Part shown: positions 6,138 through 14,780 of the stretch, piece by piece | Layout of the letters: every line of letters begins with the position of its first letter | Numbering within the stretch: the first letter of the stretch is position 1 | NCBI GenBank assembly: GCA_934643765.1 | Contig: CAKUCT010000014.1 | Span: 1 to 17,782 of the forward strand | Direction of reading: 5' to 3' | Origin: an uncultured Oscillospiraceae bacterium | GTDB taxonomy: Bacteria; Bacillota; Clostridia; Oscillospirales; Oscillospiraceae | Length of the DNA stretch: 17,782 nt | Program-made: the position numbers and the translations under genes | Notes under the pieces: model-generated | Seen by the model: only the letters and a program-made list of their open reading frames with translations | Database searches by the model: none | Told to the model about the DNA's origin: nothing

Positions 6138-7217
6138 TCACGGCTTCGGCTGCGCTGCAGCCTGCTCTTTTTCTGCCGCCTCGACAATCAGCTTCTGACG
6201 CCAACGCTGCAGCAGCGCGCCGGAGGCAATCAGCAGCATAATGACCGCCTGAATGATCTGGGCGACCTCGCTGCTCACGTCACTGTTCATTGACATGATG
6301 TTTGCGCCGGTGTTGATGTAGGCGATAAAGCAGGCGCTCAGCGGAACCATCAGAGGATTGTCCTTGGCCAGAAGCGCAACGACAATGCCGGTCCAGCCGT
6401 ATCCGGGGCTGGCCGTCCATTTGAAGCGGTTGTACATGCCGAGCAGCTCCACGCCTCCGCCAAGACCGGCGATCGCACCCGCGATCATCTGCGCGCCGAC
6501 CATGATGCCCGTCTCATTCAGGCCGACATAATGGGCAAACGAGGCGTTTTCGCCCGTCAGCCGCAGCCGGTAGCCAAAGCGCGAACGGTAGATGAGGACC
6601 CAGCACAGAACGCTGCAGACCACGGCGAAGACAACGCCGAGATGAATGTTTGTGCCCGGAATGATTTTCGGAATGATACTTGTTTCCGTCAGCTTCCAGG
6701 AGCAAAGAGACGAGTTGCCGAGCTCACGGAAGTGATAGGTCACAAGATAGATTGCAAAGAACTGGATGACATAGTTCAGCATGATCGACGTGACGACTTC
6801 GCTGACATTCCAGAGCTTTTTGAGAAACGCCGGAACCGCCGCAGCCAGCGCGCCGGCTGCCGCCGCGACCAGCAGTGCCACAACCATATGCACGCCCGCC
6901 GGAAGCGTGATTGCCAGGGATACCACCATCGCCGCCGAGGTTCCAAGGAAGAAGGAGCCTTCGGAAATCATGGAGAACTGGCCAGCGCCGAAGATCAGCA
7001 TCACAGCCAGCGCCGTAAAAATCAGCGGGCACGCACCCTCAACGATGTTACCGATGCGGCGCATGGACAAAAACGGGCCGATGAAGAAATTATACAGTGC
7101 GTTTCCGGGCTCATCGCTCACCAAAAAAATGATGACTGCAATCATGGCAAGCGCGATGAGCAGGATCATCAGCAGCTTGACGCTGTCCACCAGCAAATTG
7201 ATTTTTTTATTGCTCAT
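6138..7217 (-). CDS. ABC transporter permease (BPD_transp_2 type), first permease.
   Basis: Polytopic membrane protein. Its ATG overlaps the ATPase stop codon (ATGA, 7214-7217). Confidence 0.85.
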   Translation of the reverse strand: MSNKKINLLVDSVKLLMILLIALAMIAVIIFLVSDEPGNALYNFFIGPFLSMRRIGNIVEGACPLIFTALAVMLIFGAGQFSMISEGSFFLGTSAAMVVSLAITLPAGVHMVVALLVAAAAGALAAAVPAFLKKLWNVSEVVTSIMLNYVIQFFAIYLVTYHFRELGNSSLCSWKLTETSIIPKIIPGTNIHLGVVFAVVCSVLCWVLIYRSRFGYRLRLTGENASFAHYVGLNETGIMVGAQMIAGAIAGLGGGVELLGMYNRFKWTASPGYGWTGIVVALLAKDNPLMVPLSACFIAYINTGANIMSMNSDVSSEVAQIIQAVIMLLIASGALLQRWRQKLIVEAAEKEQAAAQPKP

Positions 7218-8770
7218 TTTGCTACCTCCGCGATCTGCTCATCTGTCTGGCGCTCAATGCCAAGCATGTAACGGCCCAGCATCTCCTCTGTCACAGCCTT
7301 TGTGTCCGGGAAATAAGCGGCAATCTTGCCGCCGCACAGCACAATCAGACGATCCGCCAGACCAAGCAGCTCGTTGAGATCTGACGAAACCAGCATGACA
7401 CATTTGCCGCTGTCGCGCAGCTTCAGAAGCTCCTTGCGGATAAACTCCGTCGCGCCGACGTCAACGCCGCGCGTCGGCTGGTCGGCAATGACAATCTCGG
7501 GCGTGCTGGACAGCTCTCGCGCCAGAACGACCTTCTGAATGTTGCCGCCGGAGAGGCTTGAAATGCTCACATCCGGAGACTTGCAGACAACCTGATACTG
7601 CGAAACCATCTCTCTGCCGTATTCGCGGATATTCTTTCTGCGAAGAAGGCCGAGCTTGCTGACAAAGCGTGCATCGTCACTCTTGTCGGCCAGCGCATTT
7701 TCCGTGATGGAAAGCTGGCCCGCCATGCCGACGCTCATACGGTCCTCTGGAATATAGCTGACCTTCAGCTTGCGCACCTGCCGGGGGCCCATCCCCTTGA
7801 TGTCCTTGCCCAACAGCTCCACCGCGCCGCCTTCAAAGCCGCGGTTGCCGCTGAGAATTTCAACCAACTCGCCCTGGCCGTTGCCCTCGACGCCGGCAAT
7901 GCCGAACACCTCCGCGCGCTTGGCGCAGAAGCTCACGCCGTCGAGCCGCTTCTGGCCCAGGATGTTGCGCGCCGTCAGTTCCTTCACGGAAAGGACGGTT
8001 TCCCCCTGCTTGGCAGGCGTCTTGTCGATCTGCAGCACAACGTCGCGGCCAACCATCAGCCGGGAGATCTGCGCCTCGTCGACGTCTGCGATGTTGTAAA
8101 CGCCCATGGTCTTGCCGCGCCGGATGACCGTAATCCGGTCGCACAGCGCGCGCACTTCGTTGAGTTTATGTGAAATGAAGATGATCGTGTAGCCGTCATC
8201 TCGCAATACTTTCAGTTCCTGGAACAATTCCTGCGTCTCCTGCGGCGTCAGAACGGCCGTCGGTTCGTCAAGAATCAGAATCTTTGCGCCGTGGAGCAGC
8301 GCCTTGAGGATCTCCACCTTTTGCTTCTGTCCGACCGAAAGGTCACGGATCTTTGCCCGCGGCGGGACATTCAGATTATACTTTTCAGAAATTTCAACGA
8401 CGCGCTGCTCTGCGAGCTTCTGGTCGATGACAATTCCCTTCCTCGGCTCCAGACCGAGAATCATATTTTCGACCACAGACAGCGACGGCACAAGCATGAA
8501 GTGCTGGTGCACCATGCCGATTCCGAGCTCGATGGCCTTTGTCGGTGAGGTGATCTGCACCTTTTCTCCGTTGATATAGATTTCTCCGCGCGTCGGCTGC
8601 TCTTCGCCGAAGAGGAGCTTCATCAATGTCGATTTACCGGCGCCGTTTTCACCGGATAACGCATGGATTTCTCCTTGTCTGACGCAGAAATCAATCCCAT
8701 TATTTGCGACAACACCATTGGAATAGACTTTTGTGATATGCTCCATGCGCAGTGCTTCCAACTCTTGCAT
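7214..8770 (-). CDS. ABC transporter ATP-binding protein with duplicated ATPase domains (nucleoside/sugar importer type).
   Basis: First half: Walker A GENGAGKST, signature LSVGQKQKVEI, Walker B ILILDEPT. Second half: GVEGNGQGEL, LSGGNIQKVVL, IVIADQPTRGVD. GGAGGAG ribosome-binding site upstream. Confidence 0.9.
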   Translation of the reverse strand: MQELEALRMEHITKVYSNGVVANNGIDFCVRQGEIHALSGENGAGKSTLMKLLFGEEQPTRGEIYINGEKVQITSPTKAIELGIGMVHQHFMLVPSLSVVENMILGLEPRKGIVIDQKLAEQRVVEISEKYNLNVPPRAKIRDLSVGQKQKVEILKALLHGAKILILDEPTAVLTPQETQELFQELKVLRDDGYTIIFISHKLNEVRALCDRITVIRRGKTMGVYNIADVDEAQISRLMVGRDVVLQIDKTPAKQGETVLSVKELTARNILGQKRLDGVSFCAKRAEVFGIAGVEGNGQGELVEILSGNRGFEGGAVELLGKDIKGMGPRQVRKLKVSYIPEDRMSVGMAGQLSITENALADKSDDARFVSKLGLLRRKNIREYGREMVSQYQVVCKSPDVSISSLSGGNIQKVVLARELSSTPEIVIADQPTRGVDVGATEFIRKELLKLRDSGKCVMLVSSDLNELLGLADRLIVLCGGKIAAYFPDTKAVTEEMLGRYMLGIERQTDEQIAEVAK

Positions 8771-8799
8771 GTACGCTCCTCCAATCAGTTTTTAGATAA

Positions 8800-8829
8800 G
8801 AACAGGGGCAACCTAAGCTGCCCCTGTTC
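8800..8829 (-). other. Intercistronic hairpin between the binding-protein gene and the ATPase gene.
   Basis: An 11-bp stem GAACAGGGGCA (8800-8810) pairs with TGCCCCTGTTC (8819-8829). No U-tract follows on the minus strand. Confidence 0.4.
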
Positions 8830-8849
8830 GGGAATCTTATGAAATGCAA

Positions 8850-10049
8850 TCAGGGCTTGACGGATTCACGCAGAGCTGCCACTTCTGCGGTTTCCATGGT
8901 GTAAGCCGTGTCGACCGTGATCTCGCCGGAGACGACCTTGGATACGATGTCCTCAAGCTGTGCGCGGGTCTCTTCGGTAGTCAGAGCCTGGAAGTTGTCG
9001 TTGTCAGCCAGACCGACAGCGCCCTCTGCAAGGCCCATGGAGTAGGTCTCACCGGTGGACTTGCTGCCGTCCCATAGGCCGGTAGCAGCCAGGACGATGG
9101 CGTCGCCCATCTTCTTCAGCGAAGAGGAAACAACGTTTGCAACCAGCTCCGGATCAGTGTCAACGAGCATGGTGTAAAGGTCCGTGTCGCAGCCGATGAG
9201 CATCTTGTTGCAGTTCTTGGAAGCCGTCACAGCGCCGACAATACTCTGGGAAGCCGGAGCGTAGACAACCTGCGCGCCCTGGTTGTAGACCTGGGTGGTC
9301 ATTTCAAGGCAGGTAGCAACGTCTTCGAACGAGCCGACATAGGACGTGATGACCTTGATGGAGTCGTCGATATACTGGATGCCCTCGATGTAGCCAACGA
9401 GGAAGTCATTGATGGCGGCACTGTCCATGGAGCCGACAAAGCCGGCGATCTTCTGCTCGGGATCGATGTTGCCGGCAGCATTGTCGATTTCAAGCGCGGC
9501 CAGGCAGCCTGCCATAAAGGCGGTCTCATAGGCGCGGAAGGTGATGCCCATCATGTTCGGAGAAGAAATTTCACCGTCGATGAACAGATACTGCTGATCG
9601 GGATAGTCGGCTGCAACCTCTTCGAACACTTCCTGGACAGACCAGGTGCAAGCGACGATCAGGTCCCAGTTCTGCTCGGAAACATCACGGAAATAGGTCT
9701 CGTAAGCGGTTTCGTCACGGCCCATCTCGATGATCTTGATCTCGCAGCCGTAATCGCTGCCCAGACGCTCAATGCCTTCAGCGCAGGAATCATAGAAGCC
9801 CTTGTCGCCCAGGTTGCCGTTGACCAGGAAAACAACACGCTTGCCTTCCGAGGTGCTGGAAGCCGTTTCTGCGGGCTGCTCTTCCTCGGTGGTGGAGTCA
9901 GCTTCGGTTTCTTCTGCCGGCTCCGTCGTCTCAGTTGTCTGCGTGTCCTGTGCTGTCTGGCTATCGGTGCTGGCCGGCTTGGATGCGCAGGCCGTAAGCA
10001 CGCTCAGCAGCATCAGCATAGCCAACAGAAGCGATACAAACTTTTTCAT
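8850..10049 (-). CDS. BMP-family (PnrA/Med-like) lipoprotein; substrate-binding component of the nucleoside ABC importer.
   Basis: Signal peptide plus lipobox LTAC. A ~45-aa acidic T/E/S-rich linker follows. Bmp-family body: VVFLVNGNLGDKGFYDS...GFVGSMDSAAINDFLVGYIEGIQY. TAGGAGG ribosome-binding site upstream. Confidence 0.9.
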   Translation of the reverse strand: MKKFVSLLLAMLMLLSVLTACASKPASTDSQTAQDTQTTETTEPAEETEADSTTEEEQPAETASSTSEGKRVVFLVNGNLGDKGFYDSCAEGIERLGSDYGCEIKIIEMGRDETAYETYFRDVSEQNWDLIVACTWSVQEVFEEVAADYPDQQYLFIDGEISSPNMMGITFRAYETAFMAGCLAALEIDNAAGNIDPEQKIAGFVGSMDSAAINDFLVGYIEGIQYIDDSIKVITSYVGSFEDVATCLEMTTQVYNQGAQVVYAPASQSIVGAVTASKNCNKMLIGCDTDLYTMLVDTDPELVANVVSSSLKKMGDAIVLAATGLWDGSKSTGETYSMGLAEGAVGLADNDNFQALTTEETRAQLEDIVSKVVSGEITVDTAYTMETAEVAALRESVKP

Positions 10050-10107
10050 GTGTAGAGTACCTCCTAAAAATCTTTATATCATCCAGCCGCGCTGGAAAAT
10101 ATACGTC

Positions 10108-10947
10108 TCAGATCAGAACGATATCCGTAAAGCCATTGTTTGCGGCAATCCGGTAATAGCCCTGCATTTCCTCCGCCGTGGGCGAACGGAACTGCGCCTG
10201 ATACGGCGGGCGGACACCAAATTTCCGGTAAGCAATGATTTTATAGCGGATAGAGCGCGTTGTCAAATAGGGCCGGAGCAGCGCCGTGATTTTTTCAACC
10301 GTCTGGCTGTTCGGAAGAACGTCCGGCACAATGACCGTCCGGATTTCTTCGAGCTTTCCGGTCTTGGCAAGATACACTGCGTTTTCCAGCACCATGTCGT
10401 TGCCGCAGCCGGTCAGCGCCTCATGTGCCTTCGTGTCAAACGCCTTGACATCCAGCATCACGCCGTCGCAGACCTCCATGAGCTCCGGGTCAGACGCATA
10501 GTCGTAGCTGCCGTTGGAATCCATGAGCGCGGACAGGCCGTGTTCTTTTGCCATACGGAACAGCTCCAGCACAAAATCGCGCTGCAGCGAGCACTCGCCG
10601 CCGGAGACGGTAATACCGCGGATAAACGGCACATCCGGCAGAATCTGCTCCATCACCTGCTGCGCGCTCATAACCGTCGTCCGCGGGGAGGCAAGATTCG
10701 GACAGATGTGGATGCACGTATCACAGCTGCAGCAAAGCGTCTCGTTCCAGGAAACTTTGCCGTCCTCGATAGACAGCGCACCTGCGGGACATTTCGCGAC
10801 GCACGCGCCGCAATTTGTGCAGCAGTGAATGGTCTCCGGATTGTGGCAGTACGAACAGGCGAAATTGCACCCCTGCAGGAACACCACCGCCCGGTTGCCG
10901 GGTCCGTCGACCACACTGCTGTGTAAAATCCGATTGACGATCGCCAT
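10108..10947 (-). CDS. yjjW: Glycyl-radical enzyme activating enzyme (radical SAM), YjjW family.
   Basis: CNFACSYCHNPE is the CX3CX2C radical-SAM cluster motif. Two ferredoxin-like motifs, CTNCGACVAKCP and CCSCDTCIHICP, plus GGEC. The ATG overlaps the upstream GRE stop codon (TAATG). Confidence 0.85.
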   Translation of the reverse strand: MAIVNRILHSSVVDGPGNRAVVFLQGCNFACSYCHNPETIHCCTNCGACVAKCPAGALSIEDGKVSWNETLCCSCDTCIHICPNLASPRTTVMSAQQVMEQILPDVPFIRGITVSGGECSLQRDFVLELFRMAKEHGLSALMDSNGSYDYASDPELMEVCDGVMLDVKAFDTKAHEALTGCGNDMVLENAVYLAKTGKLEEIRTVIVPDVLPNSQTVEKITALLRPYLTTRSIRYKIIAYRKFGVRPPYQAQFRSPTAEEMQGYYRIAANNGFTDIVLI

Positions 10948-12458
10948 TACAGATGCCGCACCTTCCGATCGTAAACCTTGCCGTTTTTCACCTCGCCGTA
11001 GCCCCAGAAGGCGTTTGCCTGCGGGACGGCCTGGCCGGCGTCGAGCTTTGCGATATCCGACTTCTTGACAAGATAGCCCGTGATGCGGATGACATCGCTG
11101 TCAGAGCAGTAGGTGGAGAAATACCGCATGCCCTGCGCAAAGCTTCCTTTGATCAGATCCACGATTGCCGCGGGATTGCGCTTTGCCGTCTCGTCGAACG
11201 GGAAAATATCGCCCACGCCGGAGGTGAAGTACGGATGCATCTTCGCGCAGTGGCGCAGATGCTCATAGAGCGGCAGCTCCGAGCCGATGGCGATACGCAC
11301 GCCGGGGCTGATGCCGATATCGGAGTCAATGCCGACCTGCGCGTGCAGGGAGAAATGATGGTCCGTGCAGGCGCAGTATTTGCTGGTGAACGCGGCGTTG
11401 CATTCCTGCAGCTTTTCAAGAATTTTCTTTGCCAGCGCATCGGCCGCCTCGCTGTAGCCGTAGCGGTCGTCTTTTCCTTCCTTCTGCATCAGAAGGTTCA
11501 CGCATTCATTCATGCCGACCACGCCGAGCATGGCCGTGAACCGGTCGAGCTGCAAAAAGCCCTCCTGCACCAGGAAGTTGGAGCGGAAGAACTGGCTCTT
11601 TTCCACCAGGAACTCCACCTTCTGCTCCATATATTCACAAAGCGTCGCCACCGCGTGCGGCAGAAGATCATTGATAAAGTGTTCGCTGTCTTTTGCTCTG
11701 GCCGCCAGACGGCTCAACACCACGCGTGAAAGCGTGAACGAGCCGCCGCCGATCGGCAGCGCGTTGTAGCAGCTGGCCACACCATACGGTGTGTCATACA
11801 GCTTGCTATATTCCTTGTGATTTGCAAAGCTCGGCTTTGCGCAGGCCAGCGCGCACTGCACGCACTCCTGCGCAAAATCGTCCGGCGTAATGTCCGGATC
11901 ATACAGAAGCGTAATCGACGGGATGGCATTTTTCATCTGCGTCTGCAGCTTTACAATCATCCGTCCGGCGCGCGTGGCCTCCGGGCCGAGATTCATATGG
12001 CAGTAGGAATCGGGAATCGTGCGGTCCAGGAAGACCAGGAAGCTCCGCATCAGACGCTCTGCGTCCGGATCGTCCATAAACGGCTCGAGCATTTTATCCA
12101 CGGAGCCAAGATACACCGGGTAGTGCGTGACCGACGGGATGTGCCGGTAAAACATCTCCAGCGTCTGGATGGCGTCAAACAGGTTATCCGGCGGGTCGAG
12201 CCGCAAAAACTTGCAGCCCTCGCGCAGCAGCTTTTCATAATCAGGCAGCGTGTAGCGCGGATTATACGTCACATTGCCCTCCGACATCGTGCACAGGCAA
12301 CCAGCCTCATTCAGCTCCCGAAACGCCGCGGTCGTATCAAAAAACTCCACGTAATTCAGCGGTACAGCCGAGAGATTCATTGCCTGCTGTTCATTCGTCA
12401 GCGCGGTATCGGTGAGGATGCTCTCCACATCGCGCTTCAGACTCGTAATGTTCAGCAT
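10947..12458 (-). CDS. yjjI: YjjI-family glycyl-radical enzyme (short GRE, DUF3029-type), substrate unknown.
   Basis: 503 aa from the ATG at 12458 (GGGGG 8 nt upstream; the TTG at 12491 in the ORF track is less likely). The glycyl-radical fingerprint DVIRITGYLV lies near the C-terminus. The gene is immediately and translationally coupled to a GRE activase. Length and arrangement match the E. coli YjjI/YjjW pair. Confidence 0.8.
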   Translation of the reverse strand: MLNITSLKRDVESILTDTALTNEQQAMNLSAVPLNYVEFFDTTAAFRELNEAGCLCTMSEGNVTYNPRYTLPDYEKLLREGCKFLRLDPPDNLFDAIQTLEMFYRHIPSVTHYPVYLGSVDKMLEPFMDDPDAERLMRSFLVFLDRTIPDSYCHMNLGPEATRAGRMIVKLQTQMKNAIPSITLLYDPDITPDDFAQECVQCALACAKPSFANHKEYSKLYDTPYGVASCYNALPIGGGSFTLSRVVLSRLAARAKDSEHFINDLLPHAVATLCEYMEQKVEFLVEKSQFFRSNFLVQEGFLQLDRFTAMLGVVGMNECVNLLMQKEGKDDRYGYSEAADALAKKILEKLQECNAAFTSKYCACTDHHFSLHAQVGIDSDIGISPGVRIAIGSELPLYEHLRHCAKMHPYFTSGVGDIFPFDETAKRNPAAIVDLIKGSFAQGMRYFSTYCSDSDVIRITGYLVKKSDIAKLDAGQAVPQANAFWGYGEVKNGKVYDRKVRHL

Positions 12459-12502
12459 GATAATGCCCCCGAACTTCAAATTTTTGCGCAAACCGCGTCA
12501 TT

Positions 12503-12532
12503 TTGACATTGCGGCTTTTGCAGAAATATGAT
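12503..12532 (+). promoter_or_regulatory. Candidate sigma-70 promoter for the Crp/Fnr-family regulator gene.
   Basis: TTGACA (12503-12508), an 18-nt spacer, then TATGAT (12527-12532). It overlaps the divergent yjjI promoter back to back. Confidence 0.4.
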
Positions 12533-12569
12533 AGCATTAGAGCGCACATTAAAAAATGCCATTTGTCAC
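12528..12569 (-). promoter_or_regulatory. Promoter of the yjjI operon: extended -10 plus an upstream conserved motif in place of a -35 box.
   Basis: Minus strand reads GTGACAAATGGCAT (rc of 12556-12569), 19 nt, then TGCTATCAT (rc of 12528-12536). The -35 position reads TTTTTT. The same motif and spacing recur at 14781-14822. Confidence 0.5.
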
Positions 12570-12588
12570 TTTTTTAGAAAGGTTTTTT

Positions 12589-13293
12589 ATGTCTGATACT
12601 TTGATACACGTCCTGCTCTATATTCTCTCCGAAGATTATCAGTATCCGCTCCCCGCCGCCTGCGCAAAAATGCTTCAGGATGCCCATGTTCCGGTTCTGC
12701 ACGCGGCAAAGGGCTCGTCCCTTACCGTCAGCGGCGCTCCGGTTTCCGGCGTCTATGTGCTGCTCGACGGCTCCTGCAGCGCCGAAAAGATCACACCCTT
12801 CGGCCGCCAGCTCAGCGCCGCGGCCTCCAATCCTGTCCAGATCTTCGGCCTGCTCGAATCCCTCTCCCCTGCCTACACCTGCTATGTTACCACGCAGCGC
12901 TGCCTGTCCGACTGCGCATACCTCTGCATTCCGAGCGAAGAGTATCTGTACATGCTCCGGCACTCCAACGTGCTGTGCATGCTGAATCTGCAGTTTCTCA
13001 GCCTCCATGTGCTGCGTATCATGGATGAAAACGACCTTCTCCTGCTGCATAACATCCGCGACCGGATCCTGCTCTATCTCTATCACAGCGGAGACGGCGC
13101 GCACTTTCCGTTCCGGCTTCCTGTCAAACGCGAAGCCATGGCGCAGAATCTCAACATCAGCCTCCGCACGCTTTTCCGCCAGCTCGATGCGCTGGAGGAA
13201 GAGGGCATCATCTGCATTGAGCACGGCAAAATTATTCTGACCCAGGCGCAGCACACGCACCTGCGCCGGATTTTGGCCGATTTTGTATCATAA
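12589..13293 (+). CDS. Crp/Fnr-family transcriptional regulator.
   Basis: N-terminal cNMP-binding-like beta-barrel region (PVSGVYVLLDGSCSAEKITPFGR). C-terminal HTH REAMAQNLNISLRTLFRQLDALEEEGIICIEHGKI. I prefer the start at MSDTLIHV (ATG 12589); the ATG at 12556 is possible but lies inside the shared regulatory motif. Confidence 0.75.
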   Translation: MSDTLIHVLLYILSEDYQYPLPAACAKMLQDAHVPVLHAAKGSSLTVSGAPVSGVYVLLDGSCSAEKITPFGRQLSAAASNPVQIFGLLESLSPAYTCYVTTQRCLSDCAYLCIPSEEYLYMLRHSNVLCMLNLQFLSLHVLRIMDENDLLLLHNIRDRILLYLYHSGDGAHFPFRLPVKREAMAQNLNISLRTLFRQLDALEEEGIICIEHGKIILTQAQHTHLRRILADFVS

Positions 13294-13303
13294 AAACGAA
13301 TCG

Positions 13304-13339
13304 CCGCCGCAGATGCTTTCAGCATCTGCGGCGGTTTTT
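13304..13339. terminator. Bidirectional terminator between the convergent regulator and amidohydrolase genes.
   Basis: A 13-bp stem CCGCCGCAGATGC (13304-13316) pairs with GCATCTGCGGCGG (13322-13334), followed by TTTTT. An A-rich tract lies on the other side. Confidence 0.75.
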
Positions 13340-13342
13340 GTA

Positions 13343-14734
13343 TTATGCTTCAAATGCCGGGAAATAGGACACTTTGCTGCGCAGCACGCGCGTGCACGTC
13401 CTCTCCGCTGCCCGCGCAAGCTCCTGCTCGTCCACGCCCGTGAGCGTTCCGTCCCGGTAAACAACCTCTCCGTTGATCATCGTCATCCACACCCGGTCCG
13501 TCACGCCGCAGCGCGCCAGAAGCCCCTGCGGATCATGCAGCGTTCCGCTGTACTCCAGTTTGGAAATGTCCACGAGGAACAGATCCGCGCCCTTTCCGCA
13601 TTCCAGGCTGCCAAGATCGGTCCGGCCAAGCGTCTTCGCACCGTTGATTGTCGCGACCCGCAGCATCTGCGCAGCCGATGTGCACCCGCCGCGCTGCTTG
13701 CTGAAGTATGCCTGCATGAGATACGCCATACGCAGCGAGTCGAGAAGGTTCGAGCTGTCGTTCGTCGCTGAGCCGTCGCAGCCCAGGCTGACCGTCACGC
13801 CCTTTTTGAGCATATCCCCAATGTTCAGAATCGGGAAACCGCCGAGAACCGCGGGCCCCGGGCAATGCGACACGCCGCTCCCCGCCTGGCCAATGCGCGC
13901 ATACTCCTCCGGCGTCCACTCCCAGCCATGCGCATACCAGACATCCGGGCCAATGAACCCGATCTTTTCACACCAGTCGAGCGAACGCATGCCATATCTG
14001 GCCTGAATGATATCGTTTTCGCCCTCGCCCAGATGCGTGTGCATATATACGCCGTATTTTCTCGCCATTTTGACCGTCTCTACAAACGTGTCTTCATAGC
14101 AGTTCATCGGCTGGCAGGGCGCCATCACAATCTGGTGCATGGAAAACGGCGAGGCATCCTGGTATTTTCCGATCAGCCGCTCGCAGTCGGCAAGGAACTC
14201 GTCCGTCGTCTCAAGCATATTTTCCGGCATCGTGCTGCCCTTTTCCCGCGGCAACGTGTTGGTGCCGCGGCCGGCGTGATAGCGGATGCCGATCTGCGCC
14301 GCGGCGTCCATCTGCCGGTCCACCAGGAACTTGCCCGCCGCCTTTGTGTAGCAATACTGATGGTCAAAGGCCGTTGTGCAGCCGTGCTTGACCAGATCTG
14401 CAAACGCCGTCAGGGCCGAGTAGTAAATCACGTCCTCATCCACGAGCTGGAACACGTGGTAAATCTTATCCAGCCACTCCGGCACCGTCATCTGCGGATA
14501 ATCGATGCTTGTGAGGTTCCGGACAAACGTCTGGAAAAAATGGTGATGCGTGTTGACCAGACCCGGATACACAAACTTATCCGTCGCGTCAATGATCTCG
14601 CAGCCCTCCGGCACCGGAAGGTTCTTTCCGATTTTGACAATCTGCGGTCCATCAACGAGCAGGTCCGTATTCCAGTAAATATGATCTTCAGCATCGCAGG
14701 TGACAATCGCGCGGGCATTTCGAATCAGCTTCAT
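13343..14734 (-). CDS. Amidohydrolase-superfamily deaminase (8-oxoguanine deaminase / guanine-cytosine deaminase-like, COG0402 type).
   Basis: Metal-binding HxH motif in GLVNTHHHFFQTF. Other motifs: YMHTHLGE, YAHGW, SLGCDGSATND. Start trimmed to MKLIRNARAIV (ATG rc of 14732-14734) behind GAAAGGAG. Confidence 0.85.
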   Translation of the reverse strand: MKLIRNARAIVTCDAEDHIYWNTDLLVDGPQIVKIGKNLPVPEGCEIIDATDKFVYPGLVNTHHHFFQTFVRNLTSIDYPQMTVPEWLDKIYHVFQLVDEDVIYYSALTAFADLVKHGCTTAFDHQYCYTKAAGKFLVDRQMDAAAQIGIRYHAGRGTNTLPREKGSTMPENMLETTDEFLADCERLIGKYQDASPFSMHQIVMAPCQPMNCYEDTFVETVKMARKYGVYMHTHLGEGENDIIQARYGMRSLDWCEKIGFIGPDVWYAHGWEWTPEEYARIGQAGSGVSHCPGPAVLGGFPILNIGDMLKKGVTVSLGCDGSATNDSSNLLDSLRMAYLMQAYFSKQRGGCTSAAQMLRVATINGAKTLGRTDLGSLECGKGADLFLVDISKLEYSGTLHDPQGLLARCGVTDRVWMTMINGEVVYRDGTLTGVDEQELARAAERTCTRVLRSKVSYFPAFEA

Positions 14735-14780
14735 GGCAGTTTCTCCTTTCAAGCGGCTGTTTCTCCGATATTTTGAATAT

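Noticed and set aside
6125-6187. The highly basic N-terminal extension (MSRRQKKSRLQRSRSRERRKR) of the second permease. Similar upstream extensions occur on Rep (1077..1115), YjjI (12459..12491) and the amidohydrolase (14735..14815).
   Set aside because: In each case an internal ATG with a well-spaced Shine-Dalgarno sequence gives a family-typical N-terminus. The extensions overlap upstream genes or promoters.
12551-12575. A canonical palindromic FNR (TTGAT-N4-ATCAA) or CRP (TGTGA-N6-TCACA) box in the yjjI/regulator intergenic region.
   Set aside because: No such consensus is present. The A6-N13-T6 symmetry is mostly flanking A and T runs, and the inner sequence has only weak dyad symmetry (TGCCA-TT-TGTCA). 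I therefore report the empirically shared motif rather than calling it an FNR or CRP site.
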